Below, piece after piece: positions 51,595 to 61,740 of a stretch of DNA of 64,000 nt (the stretch's first letter is position 1; the number at the start of each line of letters is the position of its first letter). A program made the position numbers and the translations under genes. Source of the stretch: a virus; the IMG/VR virus record IMGVR_UViG_3300009448_000012, positions 1 to 64,000 of that record; one strand, given 5' to 3'. The notes below the pieces were generated by a model, which ran no database searches, was not told the origin of the DNA, and was given only the letters and a program-made list of their open reading frames with translations.

Positions 51595-53655
51595 CTAAAA
51601 CAATAATTTATTGGTCTCGGCGATATAATGGTCGTAATCGATATCGGGAATGTGCTCGCCGTCATAAACGTCTTGTACCTTCACCTTGCGGGTATGGTGG
51701 AATTCGGCGTGTTCTTCGAATTCATATTTGTATTTGAAGCGCGGACCATGTTCGCCGCATTGCGAGCACCGAAAGTCGCCCTTGGGTCCGTAGCAGGTCG
51801 CCAGCAACTCGGCGAACAGCGCGAACCGGCGCCATTCGTCCGGCTTTTTCGCGGTGGGCGGCATCAGTTTGAAGATCGGCTGACCGGCCGGGCTCACGTA
51901 ATAGCGGGTTGTTTGCTGGCATTCGGTCCCGTCGCCGAGGATCAGCCGCGATTGCCCTGTGACCTTGGCGCGTGCGAGGAAGTCCCATTGGTCCGGGTGG
52001 CGGTGGATGAAGTCGGTCGGGTCATGATCATCACAAAGCGCCGCATCGGCCGCACGCGGGATCACCAACATCGAATGGTCCTTGTGCCACGCCTTTTGCT
52101 TGCCGACCTTCAGTTCGAAATCATAGGCGCCTTTGCGTTTCCGCTTGCCGGCTTCGTCCTTGTTGATCGCGTCCATGTTGTATTCGCCGATGTAGCTGTT
52201 CACATCGCGGATGAACATGCGCCCGTAATGCAGCTTCTCCAGCTTCATTTGCGTGACCGATTGCCACCAGTCGCACACCGCGTCGAACTGCGCGCGCATC
52301 ACGCGCGGAAACTTCAACGTCATGCCGTCCGTGTTGACCTGAAGGATCTCCAGGCTGGGCACGGCCGCCAGAAACCGTTCGGCCAGCATGACCAGCATGA
52401 GTTGCCCGTTCACCGTGATCGCCATGGTGTATTGCGGGTCGTAAAACGGTCCGTGCATGTTGTTCGAATCGCCGTAAACGCCGTTGTTCGCGAGCTTCAG
52501 CGCGTCGGACTTGACCATGTCCTTGATCGCCTTCGCCGCGACGCGTTGGGCTTTCAGCTCGCGATAGACCTCGACGAACAGCGGTCCGAGGTGGGCAGGG
52601 TACAAGCCCCATTCGATGGCGATCGAGGGATAGAAGGCTTCGACGTCGACGTCGACGATCTCGTAAATCGCGTCGGCGACGACCGCGCGCCGCGTCACCG
52701 ACCCGTGCAAGCCGCCCGTGCCGAACACCATCGTGAAGCCGTCGACGCTGGCCTTCAGGTTCTTGAAGACGCCCTTCGTCTCGACCTTGGCGGATTTCAG
52801 CTCGCCGGCTTCGATCTCCAGCGGGTTCAGCACCTTCGCCTTGAGCGTTTCGAGCACCGCGTTCGGTTCCGGATTGTCGAACCTGATCCACGGGAAGATC
52901 ACATCGGCAAGGGCGACGCTGTTCCGCCACGTCTGGCGCGGCTGGCGCCGGCCGTTGACCTTATCAAAGCAGATGCCGGGCGATCGTTCTTCGAGCGCTT
53001 TGGTGAAGAAGGATTTCCCGATTTTGGTGTCGTTATCGTTCAGATGACGTTCGCCGAGTTGTTCGCGAAACCCGATCATCTCCATCGTTTCCCAAGCGAA
53101 TTTCTTGGTACTGAACAGGTCGTTCCGGTTGTAGTCTAGACCGATATCCATTTCCGCATGCGTCAAGACCTTCGTATGATGGAAGGGCATTTCCTGGACG
53201 CGGCGGGCGCGCATGTTCATCTGAAGCGTCTTCAGGCTGGTCATGCGGTTCTTGTTGTCGAAATGGTGGATCAGCCGTAAGTCGACCTGCTTCACCAGTT
53301 CATCGCGATAGTGGACCCGGTGAATCCAGGACGGACCGCCTCGCTTGCCGTTCTCGATGATCTCGGTCGCGAACAGCTTCAGGTTCGCGCAGATCTGGAG
53401 CGCCGGCGTCCCGGCGTCGATCAGCTCGACCGCGCGGTGGATGATCGGATAGTCGAAACTGAGATTATTGAAGCCGTACATCCGGCGGAAATATCCGGAG
53501 CGCAGCACCGACACCATAAGAGGACCGTCGTTCCGGCGATCGCTGATTTCATAGATCCAGGTTGTATCGTCACCCTTGGTCAACGGGGTGAACCCTAGAC
53601 AGAACCAGTTCGGAAGGGTCTCGACGTCGCCGATGGTGTCGATCCATGCGTTCAT
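51595..53655 (-). CDS. DNA polymerase, family B
   Basis: Exo DVET and GFNN..FD; motif A DVEAFYPS; motif B KLANNGVYG; motif C NTDG. Confidence 0.93.
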   Translation of the reverse strand: MNAWIDTIGDVETLPNWFCLGFTPLTKGDDTTWIYEISDRRNDGPLMVSVLRSGYFRRMYGFNNLSFDYPIIHRAVELIDAGTPALQICANLKLFATEIIENGKRGGPSWIHRVHYRDELVKQVDLRLIHHFDNKNRMTSLKTLQMNMRARRVQEMPFHHTKVLTHAEMDIGLDYNRNDLFSTKKFAWETMEMIGFREQLGERHLNDNDTKIGKSFFTKALEERSPGICFDKVNGRRQPRQTWRNSVALADVIFPWIRFDNPEPNAVLETLKAKVLNPLEIEAGELKSAKVETKGVFKNLKASVDGFTMVFGTGGLHGSVTRRAVVADAIYEIVDVDVEAFYPSIAIEWGLYPAHLGPLFVEVYRELKAQRVAAKAIKDMVKSDALKLANNGVYGDSNNMHGPFYDPQYTMAITVNGQLMLVMLAERFLAAVPSLEILQVNTDGMTLKFPRVMRAQFDAVCDWWQSVTQMKLEKLHYGRMFIRDVNSYIGEYNMDAINKDEAGKRKRKGAYDFELKVGKQKAWHKDHSMLVIPRAADAALCDDHDPTDFIHRHPDQWDFLARAKVTGQSRLILGDGTECQQTTRYYVSPAGQPIFKLMPPTAKKPDEWRRFALFAELLATCYGPKGDFRCSQCGEHGPRFKYKYEFEEHAEFHHTRKVKVQDVYDGEHIPDIDYDHYIAETNKLLF

Positions 53656-53999
53656 ATGCGGGTCCTGGTCCTGGTTCGCGGGATGGTGCAGCGCATGCGC
53701 ATATACAGGGCGTCGAGCGCCGCTTGCGGGTCGGTGGGTAGCTCGCCGGTGATGTCCCGGATCATGCGCATCGCCGAGCACTGGCGCAAGGTGATCTCGA
53801 CGGCGCCGTGTGCGATCGCGGCCGCGCGCTTGGTCATGGCGACGTCGTAGTGATCGCCCTGGTACCAGTGCCGCGCCACGCCGATCGCGGCCGCCATGGC
53901 GTGCAATTCACCCTCGGTCGTCGCGATCATGTGCGACATGCGCATGCCGCGAAAGCGACCCATATCCGACCGGTGCATGTCGTCGACGAAGACCGTCAC
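53652..53999 (-). CDS. DUF4031-family protein
   Basis: VFVDD, MSHMIA..E.ELHAMA..IG...WYQGDHYD. Confidence 0.85.
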   Translation of the reverse strand: MTVFVDDMHRSDMGRFRGMRMSHMIATTEGELHAMAAAIGVARHWYQGDHYDVAMTKRAAAIAHGAVEITLRQCSAMRMIRDITGELPTDPQAALDALYMRMRCTIPRTRTRTRI

Positions 54000-54190
54000 C
54001 GCTGGCGCCACCACCAGACCAGGACGTCGCGCCAGCGCCAGCGGCCGGAGCCGGCGCACTGGTCGCAACGTTCCTCACGAACGTTCCCATATCCGCCGTA
54101 AACGGCTTCGATGCCGGAGCCGCCGCACATCCGACAGTCGCCCACGGCGCGCCAGCGCCAATAGAGGCGCCACTTCAGCCCTGTGATCAT
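53996..54190 (-). CDS. DnaJ-type zinc-finger protein
   Basis: CRMCGGSG..CDQCAGSG. Confidence 0.6.
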   Translation of the reverse strand: MITGLKWRLYWRWRAVGDCRMCGGSGIEAVYGGYGNVREERCDQCAGSGRWRWRDVLVWWWRQR

Positions 54191-54405
54191 TTCGCCCGTC
54201 CCTTCTTCGCCCGGCATCGTCGCATGCGTTCGGCGGCCGTCATGGGCTCGGCGCCGATGCGCGGACGGCCGGCGGGTCCCTTCATGATGACGGCGACCGC
54301 TTTCTTCAGCGCCTCGGCGTCGGTCTCGGCGAGCTTGACCGCGTCGATCGCCGCCATGATCCGCCGCTTCATGTTGTATTTGCGTTTGCGCTCGGTCGGC
54401 GTCAT
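54187..54405 (-). CDS. Small basic, putatively DNA-binding protein
   Basis: MTPTERKRKY..GRPRIG..PMTAAERMRR. Confidence 0.6.
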   Translation of the reverse strand: MTPTERKRKYNMKRRIMAAIDAVKLAETDAEALKKAVAVIMKGPAGRPRIGAEPMTAAERMRRCRAKKGRAK

Positions 54406-55103
54406 AGCGCGATGTGCCGGCGCATGCCCGCATCCGACATCGAGTGGTATCCGTAAGGCTTCTTCTTTTTGAACCATCCGTCCTCGATCCCGTGGATCAT
54501 CGCCCAAGCCTCGCCGACCGGGTCCCGCCGGCTGAACAGGTTGATCGCATAGTGACCCTTGCCTGTTTTCTTGCCGTTCATGGTGCCGTCGTCGATGAAC
54601 GACGGGTGGAGCATGCCGCCGGCGAACGACAGATTGAACGCCGAGCGGTCGGGTGTCTCGACGGCGCCGATGGTGTCCAGGATCTCGCGCGCGTTGGCGG
54701 TCGACAGCCGCGCGCCTTGGGCGCCGATCGTGACCCCGCGCAGGATCGCCCGATCGGTCGTGAAGATCCTGGTCGCGAGCAGGTCCCGGAAGCAGTCGTC
54801 ATAAGCGAGGTCGACAGCATGGTGATAGGTCCCGTGGCAACCGCGCGGTTCCGGGTCGATCGCGACGACCTCGCCGAGGCGGGTCGCGACGTCCATGACG
54901 AACGGTTCCATCATCATGAACGTCGACGTCACCGTCAGCCGGTCTTCATCCTGGTCGTAGCTGATCGGAAACTTGAACAGCCGCGATCGCGGGTATCGTG
55001 GCGCCGGGTCCTCGATGCAGCGATTCAGGTCGAGGTGATATTCGTTCGCGACCAGCCCGGCGTCGATGATCTTGGCGGCGAGCGGTGTCGTGATCGGGAT
55101 CAT
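54402..55103 (-). CDS. Hypothetical protein (233 aa)
   Basis: ATGA-coupled ORF. Confidence 0.7.
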   Translation of the reverse strand: MIPITTPLAAKIIDAGLVANEYHLDLNRCIEDPAPRYPRSRLFKFPISYDQDEDRLTVTSTFMMMEPFVMDVATRLGEVVAIDPEPRGCHGTYHHAVDLAYDDCFRDLLATRIFTTDRAILRGVTIGAQGARLSTANAREILDTIGAVETPDRSAFNLSFAGGMLHPSFIDDGTMNGKKTGKGHYAINLFSRRDPVGEAWAMIHGIEDGWFKKKKPYGYHSMSDAGMRRHIAL

Positions 55104-57360
55104 CGGACAAGCCAATTGCTCACGGGCTCGGACATGCGCGCTTCGTCCGCGATGATCACAGCGGGGTCGGCGCGGCGGATCGAGGTCGGCCAGAACCAGT
55201 TCAGAAACTCGCGTTCGCGACCCGTCCAGTCGCTCGCCGCGATGAAGCCGCTCGGCGCCGGCGCGCCCCATGCGCGCGGGAAGAACCGCCAGTAAATGAT
55301 CGGGTACCAGCGGAAGAAGATGTCGATCGGCGCGATCCAGCCGCGCAAGTCGGTCGTCAGCTTGAAGTGATAGAGGCGATCGGTCGAGCGTCTGATTCTC
55401 ATTTGGCGGGTTTCCTGTGGCTGATGACGACACCTTTCCGGAAGACGCGGCCGGTGCCGCACGGGCATTCGTGCTCTAGGTCCTCGGACCAGTGCGCGGC
55501 CGCGTAGGGGCCGAACCTGTGCTGGCGGTCGCAGTGACAGCGCCACAGGCTTCCGGGGCTGTACGCGGCGCCCTTGACCGCTAGGGGAATGGCGGGTTCG
55601 ACCTCGGTCATGTCACACCGTCCCAAAGTCGTCGATGTGACGACCCTGGTCGTCATAGACGTGCATCTTCGTCATGGTCCCCGCATTGTCGGCGGCGACC
55701 TTCAGCGCCTCGACCAGGGTGTCGAAGTCGCCCTGGACCCAATCGCTTCCGTCGCGGTCGAAGGTGTCCACACCGACGACGCGGAATTTCCCCACGGGGG
55801 CTTGCAAGGTAGTGCGGACGAAGCTCATTGGATGCATTTTCCTACGGTTTGCAGGGCGGTGATCAGATCGGCGAACAGCGTGAACGCCCGCACGATCGCA
55901 AGTAGGTTGACGACCAGGGTCGCGCTTACGATCACGACCAGCACGCTAAGCCACGGGAACGGGCGTCCCGTGGGGAACAGCTTCAGGATGCGTCGCGAAC
56001 AGCGTTCGGCGGCCGTCCGGTGCATGGGGACCTCGCCGTGTATCAGCTCGTGAACGATCTGCTCAAGGCGTGAATCGTTGGTCATGTCGTCGCCTTTGTT
56101 TTCGGATGCGGCGCGGCCGGGAAGCCGGCGCCGTGCATCGCGTAAATCCACACGGTATTGTCGGGCACGCCGGCGTCGATCGCCACCATCATCACCGCGC
56201 GCGCCAGCTCGATGCGGTGATGCGCCTCGAACGATTTCAGCGGCGGCCGGGCGTGCTCCAGGTAGTCGGCGAGCAGCACGGCGACCCGGTTCCATTCCAC
56301 GCGCAGGCGATCAGCCCGCGCGGGCTTGCGCTTCAGCATCGTCCGGACGCGCTCCAGGGCGGCTTGCTGGTCCGTCTTCATGCCGGCGACGACCTTCCTA
56401 GATTGTCGATCAGCGTCTTGACGTAATTGCATGCGATCTCGGTCGCGTCGGTCCATTCGCCGCACACCGCGCGGTGATGAAGCAGGCTTTCAAGACCCTG
56501 CTTTTCTAACCAGGTCATGACCCCTGGATCGAGCTTGCGCCCTGACAGGTTGACGCGGATGAACATCCCGACGCGCGTCACGCTCAGCCGATAAAAATTG
56601 ATGTATCCGGTCATCCGATCGGCCGTTTCTTGCCGTTGTCCATCAACCATTTCATGAACCCGGCCGGCATCGGCGAGCAACGGCACGTTTCGGGCGTGCA
56701 TTGCTTGCGATCGATGGGACAGCGCGCGGTCGGTGGCTTGGGTGTTTCGGTCATGGCAGATCCAAATAGCGAACGATCTCGGCGTCGGTCATGCCGCCGG
56801 CGCGCAAGCGCTCGACGACCTGATGGGCGACCAGTTGCGCGACCGGATAGGTGATCGCGTTCAGCGACCGGCGAAGCTCGGTCCATAGGGCATGGGCCAG
56901 CCGCTCGGCGGGCGCGTTCTCGAACCCCGCTTCAATCTCGATGTCAATCATAGGGGATCGGCATTTCGAACGGCGTCCGCCCGTGGACGCCGTAACTTGA
57001 ATGTGCCGACATGCGGAAGATTCGCATCTCCATCCGCAGTTCATGGGCGCGGTCAAGATCGTTGCGAAGTTTCGCCTCGGCGATGTCGCGACTGAAGCGG
57101 TCGAAAATGGTGAAATAGTCGACCGGCGACATGCGGCGCCGGCGCCCATAGTTCGCGCGCAGGTATTCCGCCCGATGCGTGAGCGGATCGCGCTGGCCGG
57201 TCATGCCTGTGATGATCCGAGCGCGCCAATACTCCTCGGACCGGCTGGTGTGCCATCGGTCGCGTAAGTGAGTGCCGTCGTCGACGACGACGTGCCACAG
57301 GTTGGCGGCGCAATGGGCGCGGCCGGACGCATAGACGATTCTGCCTTTTGGGTCGCTCAT
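55100..57360 (-). other. Nine coupled small hypothetical genes
   Basis: 55100-55402, 55399-55611, 55613-55828, 55825-56085, 56082-56381, 56378-56614, 56611-56754, 56751-56951, 56944-57360. Confidence 0.6.
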
Positions 57361-57599
57361 CCGTTGCACCTTCTGTCGTTCCATTTGTACGCGGCCAGCT
57401 CGATCGCGGCCTTCAGGGGCTCGCGAATGCTGGCGGTGTTGTGCGGCGTCTCGACGATCGGACCGTCCGCCCGACAGACGCCGCAACGCACGTTCGTCCG
57501 GTCGGGTGTCGGATAAGGCTCGCCGTTGCCAAACGCGGTCCCGATCTCCAGATCAGACGACGCGCAAAACGGGCACGCTCTCAAGTCGTGTTCGCTCAT
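57357..57599 (-). CDS. Lar-family (restriction alleviation-like) zinc-ribbon protein
   Basis: LRACPFCA..VRCGVCRADGP..AAYKWNDR. Confidence 0.75.
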   Translation of the reverse strand: MSEHDLRACPFCASSDLEIGTAFGNGEPYPTPDRTNVRCGVCRADGPIVETPHNTASIREPLKAAIELAAYKWNDRRCNG

Positions 57600-58766
57600 A
57601 GCGTCAAGATCCACAGGACAACCACGACGGCCGCAATACCGCCAAACAATGCACCGACCAGGGCGCCGAGCAGGGCGACCAGCACACGGCCGCGCTGGCG
57701 CCGCGCCGGCGGCGTTGGCCAGTCGTCGATCGCCCGGTGGGTGCTCGGCGTATCGAGGACCGACCGATAGAGGATGAACCCCGGCACGCTGTCGCGGGCG
57801 CGGCCGATCGGGCTGTGACCACGGTTCTCCGGCGGCGCCGGCGGCCGTCCGCTGGAGCCGCCACGGGGCGGCGTGGCGGGCGCGGGCACGTCCGGCGCGC
57901 GATAGCCGCCGCGCGACGATTGCGGGGCTGGTGGCGGCGGTGGCGGTCCCTTGGGGCGGTTGTTCGGTTCTCGGATCATCAGCGGCGTTTCCTCACTAGC
58001 GCGACGCGTTCGTCGTCGGCGGCTTTGCGCTCCAGCTCGGCGGCGCGTTGATTGAGCGCGGCCGCCGTCTCGGACTGTTTGGTTTCGCGAGCGGCCTTGG
58101 CCAGCCGGCGAAGGTGGAGCGCTCGGCGTTTCATCCCGTGGATTTCAGCGTTCATCGATCGCGATCCTGATCAGCTTCAGATCGGCGGGCGTGATCTGGT
58201 GGAGCATGCGGCGCACAGCCGCCCTGTGATATTCCCGCGCGTGATGGTTTGGCCAAAGCTTCGCGCCGCATGCCGCCAGCGCGAGACGTTCGACCATCTC
58301 AGCAAATGCAACCGTCGTGTCCGCGACGGATTGCTTGTTCGTCCCCCTAGTCATAATCACACGGTCAGGCGCGATGCAGTGCGTGCGGGCGCCTGAAGAA
58401 TACGGGCGGATTGCGGCGCGACCAGCCGGCGGACATGCCGACAGCTCGCCAGTAAGGTTTCGGGAACGCGACCGGGCGGCCGTCCGGCTGGACCGTGTCC
58501 GGGTCCCAATAGACGACGTTGAGCGCGGGACCCTTTTCGTTCTCGCCTTGGCAAAGCGCGACAAGGCGCGGTCCCCAAAGCTTGCCGGCCGGCGGCGTGC
58601 GCAAGCCGAATTCCTCGGCGCGGCTGATCGGATGCCAGCCGAACGCGTCGATCAGGTCAGCTTCAAGGTGTTGGGTTTCTTCTTCGAAATTCGTCGAGGA
58701 CATTTTCTCGACGTGGTCGCTGTAGCGTTCGATCGCTGCGCGGATGGTCTCGTGAACTGTCTGCAT
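57596..58766 (-). other. Small genes including a Pro-rich TM-anchored protein (57596-57979) and 58365-58766
   Basis: ORF track; 58766 is preceded by AAGGGGTTCCCC. Confidence 0.55.
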
Positions 58767-58846
58767 AGGGGAACCCCTTTAGGGCGCTAGGGCCAGAGAT
58801 GGCGGGACGGTCGCGGCGACCGCCCGCTGTTGCATGCGAGGCGAGA

Positions 58847-59008
58847 TTACTCGGCGATCTGTTCCGGATGACAGGCGGGCTTGTCCTCGAAGCCGGTGTC
58901 GGCGTTCTGTGCGGGGACGTCCTTGGTCTCGGTCTCGGTCTCGACCTCGGTTTCGGCCGGCGTCACGGTCTCGGTCTCGGTCGTGGGTACGGTGTCGGCG
59001 TCCTGCAT
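58847..59008 (-). CDS. Highly acidic 53 aa protein
   Basis: AAAGGA RBS; MQDADTVPTTETETVTPAETEVETETETKD... Confidence 0.7.
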   Translation of the reverse strand: MQDADTVPTTETETVTPAETEVETETETKDVPAQNADTGFEDKPACHPEQIAE

Positions 59009-59050
59009 TGTCGTTCCTTTGGTTGCGGTTCAAAAAGCTCAGTACGGTTC

Positions 59051-59079
59051 ATATAGGCTCGGATGCGTTACGCTTGCAA
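59051..59079 (-). promoter_or_regulatory. Rhizobial-type sigma70 promoter
   Basis: (C)TTGCAA-17 nt-CTATAT. Confidence 0.7.
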
Positions 59080-59082
59080 GCG

Positions 59083-59776
59083 CTAATTTCGTTTCAGAAA
59101 CAGCGGTTCAAGTTCGTCCCATAAGTGACGGATCGGCAAGCATAAAACCGGCGTGCAATCCTTCTGCTCAAGGTAACGCTGGAGCAGGGCGCCGAGGTCC
59201 TTGTGATCGCACAACCCGCGAAAATGATCGGTCCGCATGAACCAGCCGGGCATTGGGTCGACGCTGGTCTTGTGGCGGACCAGCGGCCGGATCTCGTTCA
59301 GCACGACCAGGACGCTTTCGGCGTCGGTCTCGGCGAGGTGGAGCGTCACGGCGAGGTGATACAGAAAGGCATGCCAGCGCATCCACGACGTCGGGCGTGT
59401 GTCGGACGATGCGTCCCACGGCCGGATCGTTCCCTTCTGGTACAGGCGGGCGATCACGTCGGCGACGTCCATACTGTCGCCGTGCCGCTCGACCAGGAAC
59501 GCGCGCAGGTCTTGAAAGCCGATCTCGGACAGCATGGCGGACTCACTTTTTCAGGAAGACGGTCGGACGATAGGCGCCGTTCGACACCGCCCAAACGACG
59601 CTTTCGACCTTGAAGGTCGTCCCGACATATCGCCCGGTTCCGCCGGCGGGCGGAAGCTGAATTCGCACGCCGTCACCGACGCGCGGCACGGTGGACATGA
59701 TGGCGCCAACGTCATGGAATTCGGGCACACCGTCGCGGGCGCCGTCGCCGATGTACACCAGTTCGACAGTAATCAT
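59083..59776 (-). CDS. Two hypothetical genes (59083-59535, 59543-59776)
   Basis: ORF track; AAGGA RBS before 59776. Confidence 0.6.
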
Positions 59777-59789
59777 TTGGCGGGTTCCT

Positions 59790-60425
59790 TCGATTTGAAC
59801 TATTGGAGATGGGTCCGAATAGTTTTATGAACGAATTGTGGCGAAACCGAAAAGTTTGGACGTGCTCCGAACTTTGGTTTTAACTATTGGTCGGTTGTAG
59901 GAAAAGTTCGGTGCTACCGAAAACTATCGTTTGAACTTTTCCGACCTGCTCCGAATAGTTCGATTGACGGCAACTTACTGTCACGAACTTTTCGGTCGAC
60001 CTCCGAACTTTTCCGTTTCGCCACAATTCGTTCATAAAACTATTTGGTCGACCTCGGAAAAGTTCGGACTGCATTCAAATAGTTTTATGAACGAATTGTG
60101 GCAACTCCAAACTTTTCGGACCTGCTCCAAACTTTGGAAATCCGTTCATGTAGATGAACGGAAGTTTTCGTCGGTTGTAGGAAAAGTTCGGTGCTACCGA
60201 AAACTATCGTTTGAACTATTGGCGACGGCTCCGAACTTTTCGGTTTCGCCACAATTCGTTCATAAAACTATTCGGATGCGCTCCAAACTTTTCGGACCTG
60301 CTCCAAACTATTGCCCGAACTTTTCGTCGGTTGTAGGAAAAGTTCGGTGCTACCGAAAACTGTTCGATTAGCGGCAACTTGCTGTCACGAATTGTTCGGA
60401 GCAGGTCCGAACTTATTTTGAACAC
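59790..60425. repeat. AT-rich direct/inverted repeat region, putative replication origin
   Basis: 25-mer at 59818(+), 60020(-), 60078(+), 60248(-); 36-mer at 59890, 60170, 60326; many CCGAACTTTT-like units. Confidence 0.7.
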
Positions 60426-60500
60426 AATTGACCCGCCCGCGCGGCGCTGCTTCCACGCGGGCGGACCCTGGTCGCCATAATCGGCCGGCGACCAGAACCG

Positions 60501-61736
60501 TTAGACGACCGGGTCAGCTTCCCATGCGGTCCGCGTCGCGTTCGGCCGGAAGCCGGGCGTCGCTGGCCAGCCGGCGGCCGCCGCGAGTACGGCGCTTTCG
60601 GCCTGGATCTGCGCGGCCGTGCGAGGCGCCGGCGGCGTCAAGAACCCCGGATGCGGGCTCACCGGCGGCGGGGGCGGATTACCAGGGGACGCAGTCGTCG
60701 AGCCAAGCGGATCTGTAGAAGGGGCAGGGACCGGCGACGCGCCGGCCGGGACACCCTGGACGCCCGCACCGGCTAAAGGGTCAGAAGGGTAAGCAGTGGT
60801 CGCACCACCAGCGGGCGGCGTGGTATGGGTCGGCGCCGATGTAGCCAAAGGAACCGGGGACGCGAGCGAACCGGGCGGTGTCGGTAATGCAGCCGCAAGC
60901 GGGGCAGTGACCGTCTGTTCCAAAGGGTCCGGGTCATAGCCGCTCCGATCGGCCTTCAGCCGGTGTCCGGGATAGTGCTGAACCCCGGCATCGGCCGCGA
61001 TCTTGGCGCTGATCTGTTCCTGGGTCATCACCGGCGCGACAGGCGCCACGGGAGCGGGCGGCGGCGGTGCTGGTGGTGCGGGCGGCGTGGGGCTCGGCAC
61101 GGCCGGAGCGCCGCCGGGCGTGGTATTGCCGGCGACTGGCAGGGCGCTGGCGCCGGGCGGCAACGTCGCCTGATGCTGCGCGAACAGTTGCGCCGCTGTC
61201 GGGCCTTGCTGGATCACCGGACCATAGCCGAGCAGGCGGACGCAGTTGGGATTGAGATAGATCCCCGCGTTCTTGTCGGTCAGCATGTTGCAGGCCATCG
61301 CGCCGGCGACGTCGACGTAAAATCCGCACTCGATCAGCGCCGGGTCGATCGGCTGGTCCTGCGCGTTGGCGCATTTGATCGGGAACAGCGACGTCGAGAA
61401 CCGGAAGATCCAGCAACCTGCGAAGCCTTCGCGGTTCCGGTTCTTTTCGCTGTCGCCGTCCTCAATCTTCCAGGCGAAGTTCGGCGCGCCGAGGCCCTGG
61501 TTGATCTGTGCCATGATACCGGCGTTCTGCTGATAGCCGCTGACCGCAACCTGTTTGGCCAACTGGATCACCGGCATCACGCGGGCGTCGGTCTTGGGCA
61601 CGGCGACGCCGAAGAAGGCGGTCGGCTTCTCACGCTCGCGACCCTGCTGATCGGTCGTCTGAACGGTATGAGGGTCGCCCATGACGATCCGGCCGGGCGG
61701 CAAATAAAAGGGCGTGTTCTGTGTCTTAGGCGCCAT
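60501..61736 (-). CDS. ssDNA-binding protein (DUF2815/Enc34-like) with long Pro-rich tail
   Basis: GRIV, KIEDGD, GF.GCW, IECGFYV, NAGIYLN; adjacent to a DUF2800-like gene. Confidence 0.75.
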   Translation of the reverse strand: MAPKTQNTPFYLPPGRIVMGDPHTVQTTDQQGREREKPTAFFGVAVPKTDARVMPVIQLAKQVAVSGYQQNAGIMAQINQGLGAPNFAWKIEDGDSEKNRNREGFAGCWIFRFSTSLFPIKCANAQDQPIDPALIECGFYVDVAGAMACNMLTDKNAGIYLNPNCVRLLGYGPVIQQGPTAAQLFAQHQATLPPGASALPVAGNTTPGGAPAVPSPTPPAPPAPPPPAPVAPVAPVMTQEQISAKIAADAGVQHYPGHRLKADRSGYDPDPLEQTVTAPLAAALPTPPGSLASPVPLATSAPTHTTPPAGGATTAYPSDPLAGAGVQGVPAGASPVPAPSTDPLGSTTASPGNPPPPPVSPHPGFLTPPAPRTAAQIQAESAVLAAAAGWPATPGFRPNATRTAWEADPVV

Positions 61737-61740
61737 GTGA

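Noticed and set aside
59790-60425. CRISPR array, or the ORFs at 59880-60074, 59931-60371 and 60216-60425
   Set aside because: The repeats alternate in orientation with non-unique spacers. The ORFs simply translate the repeats.
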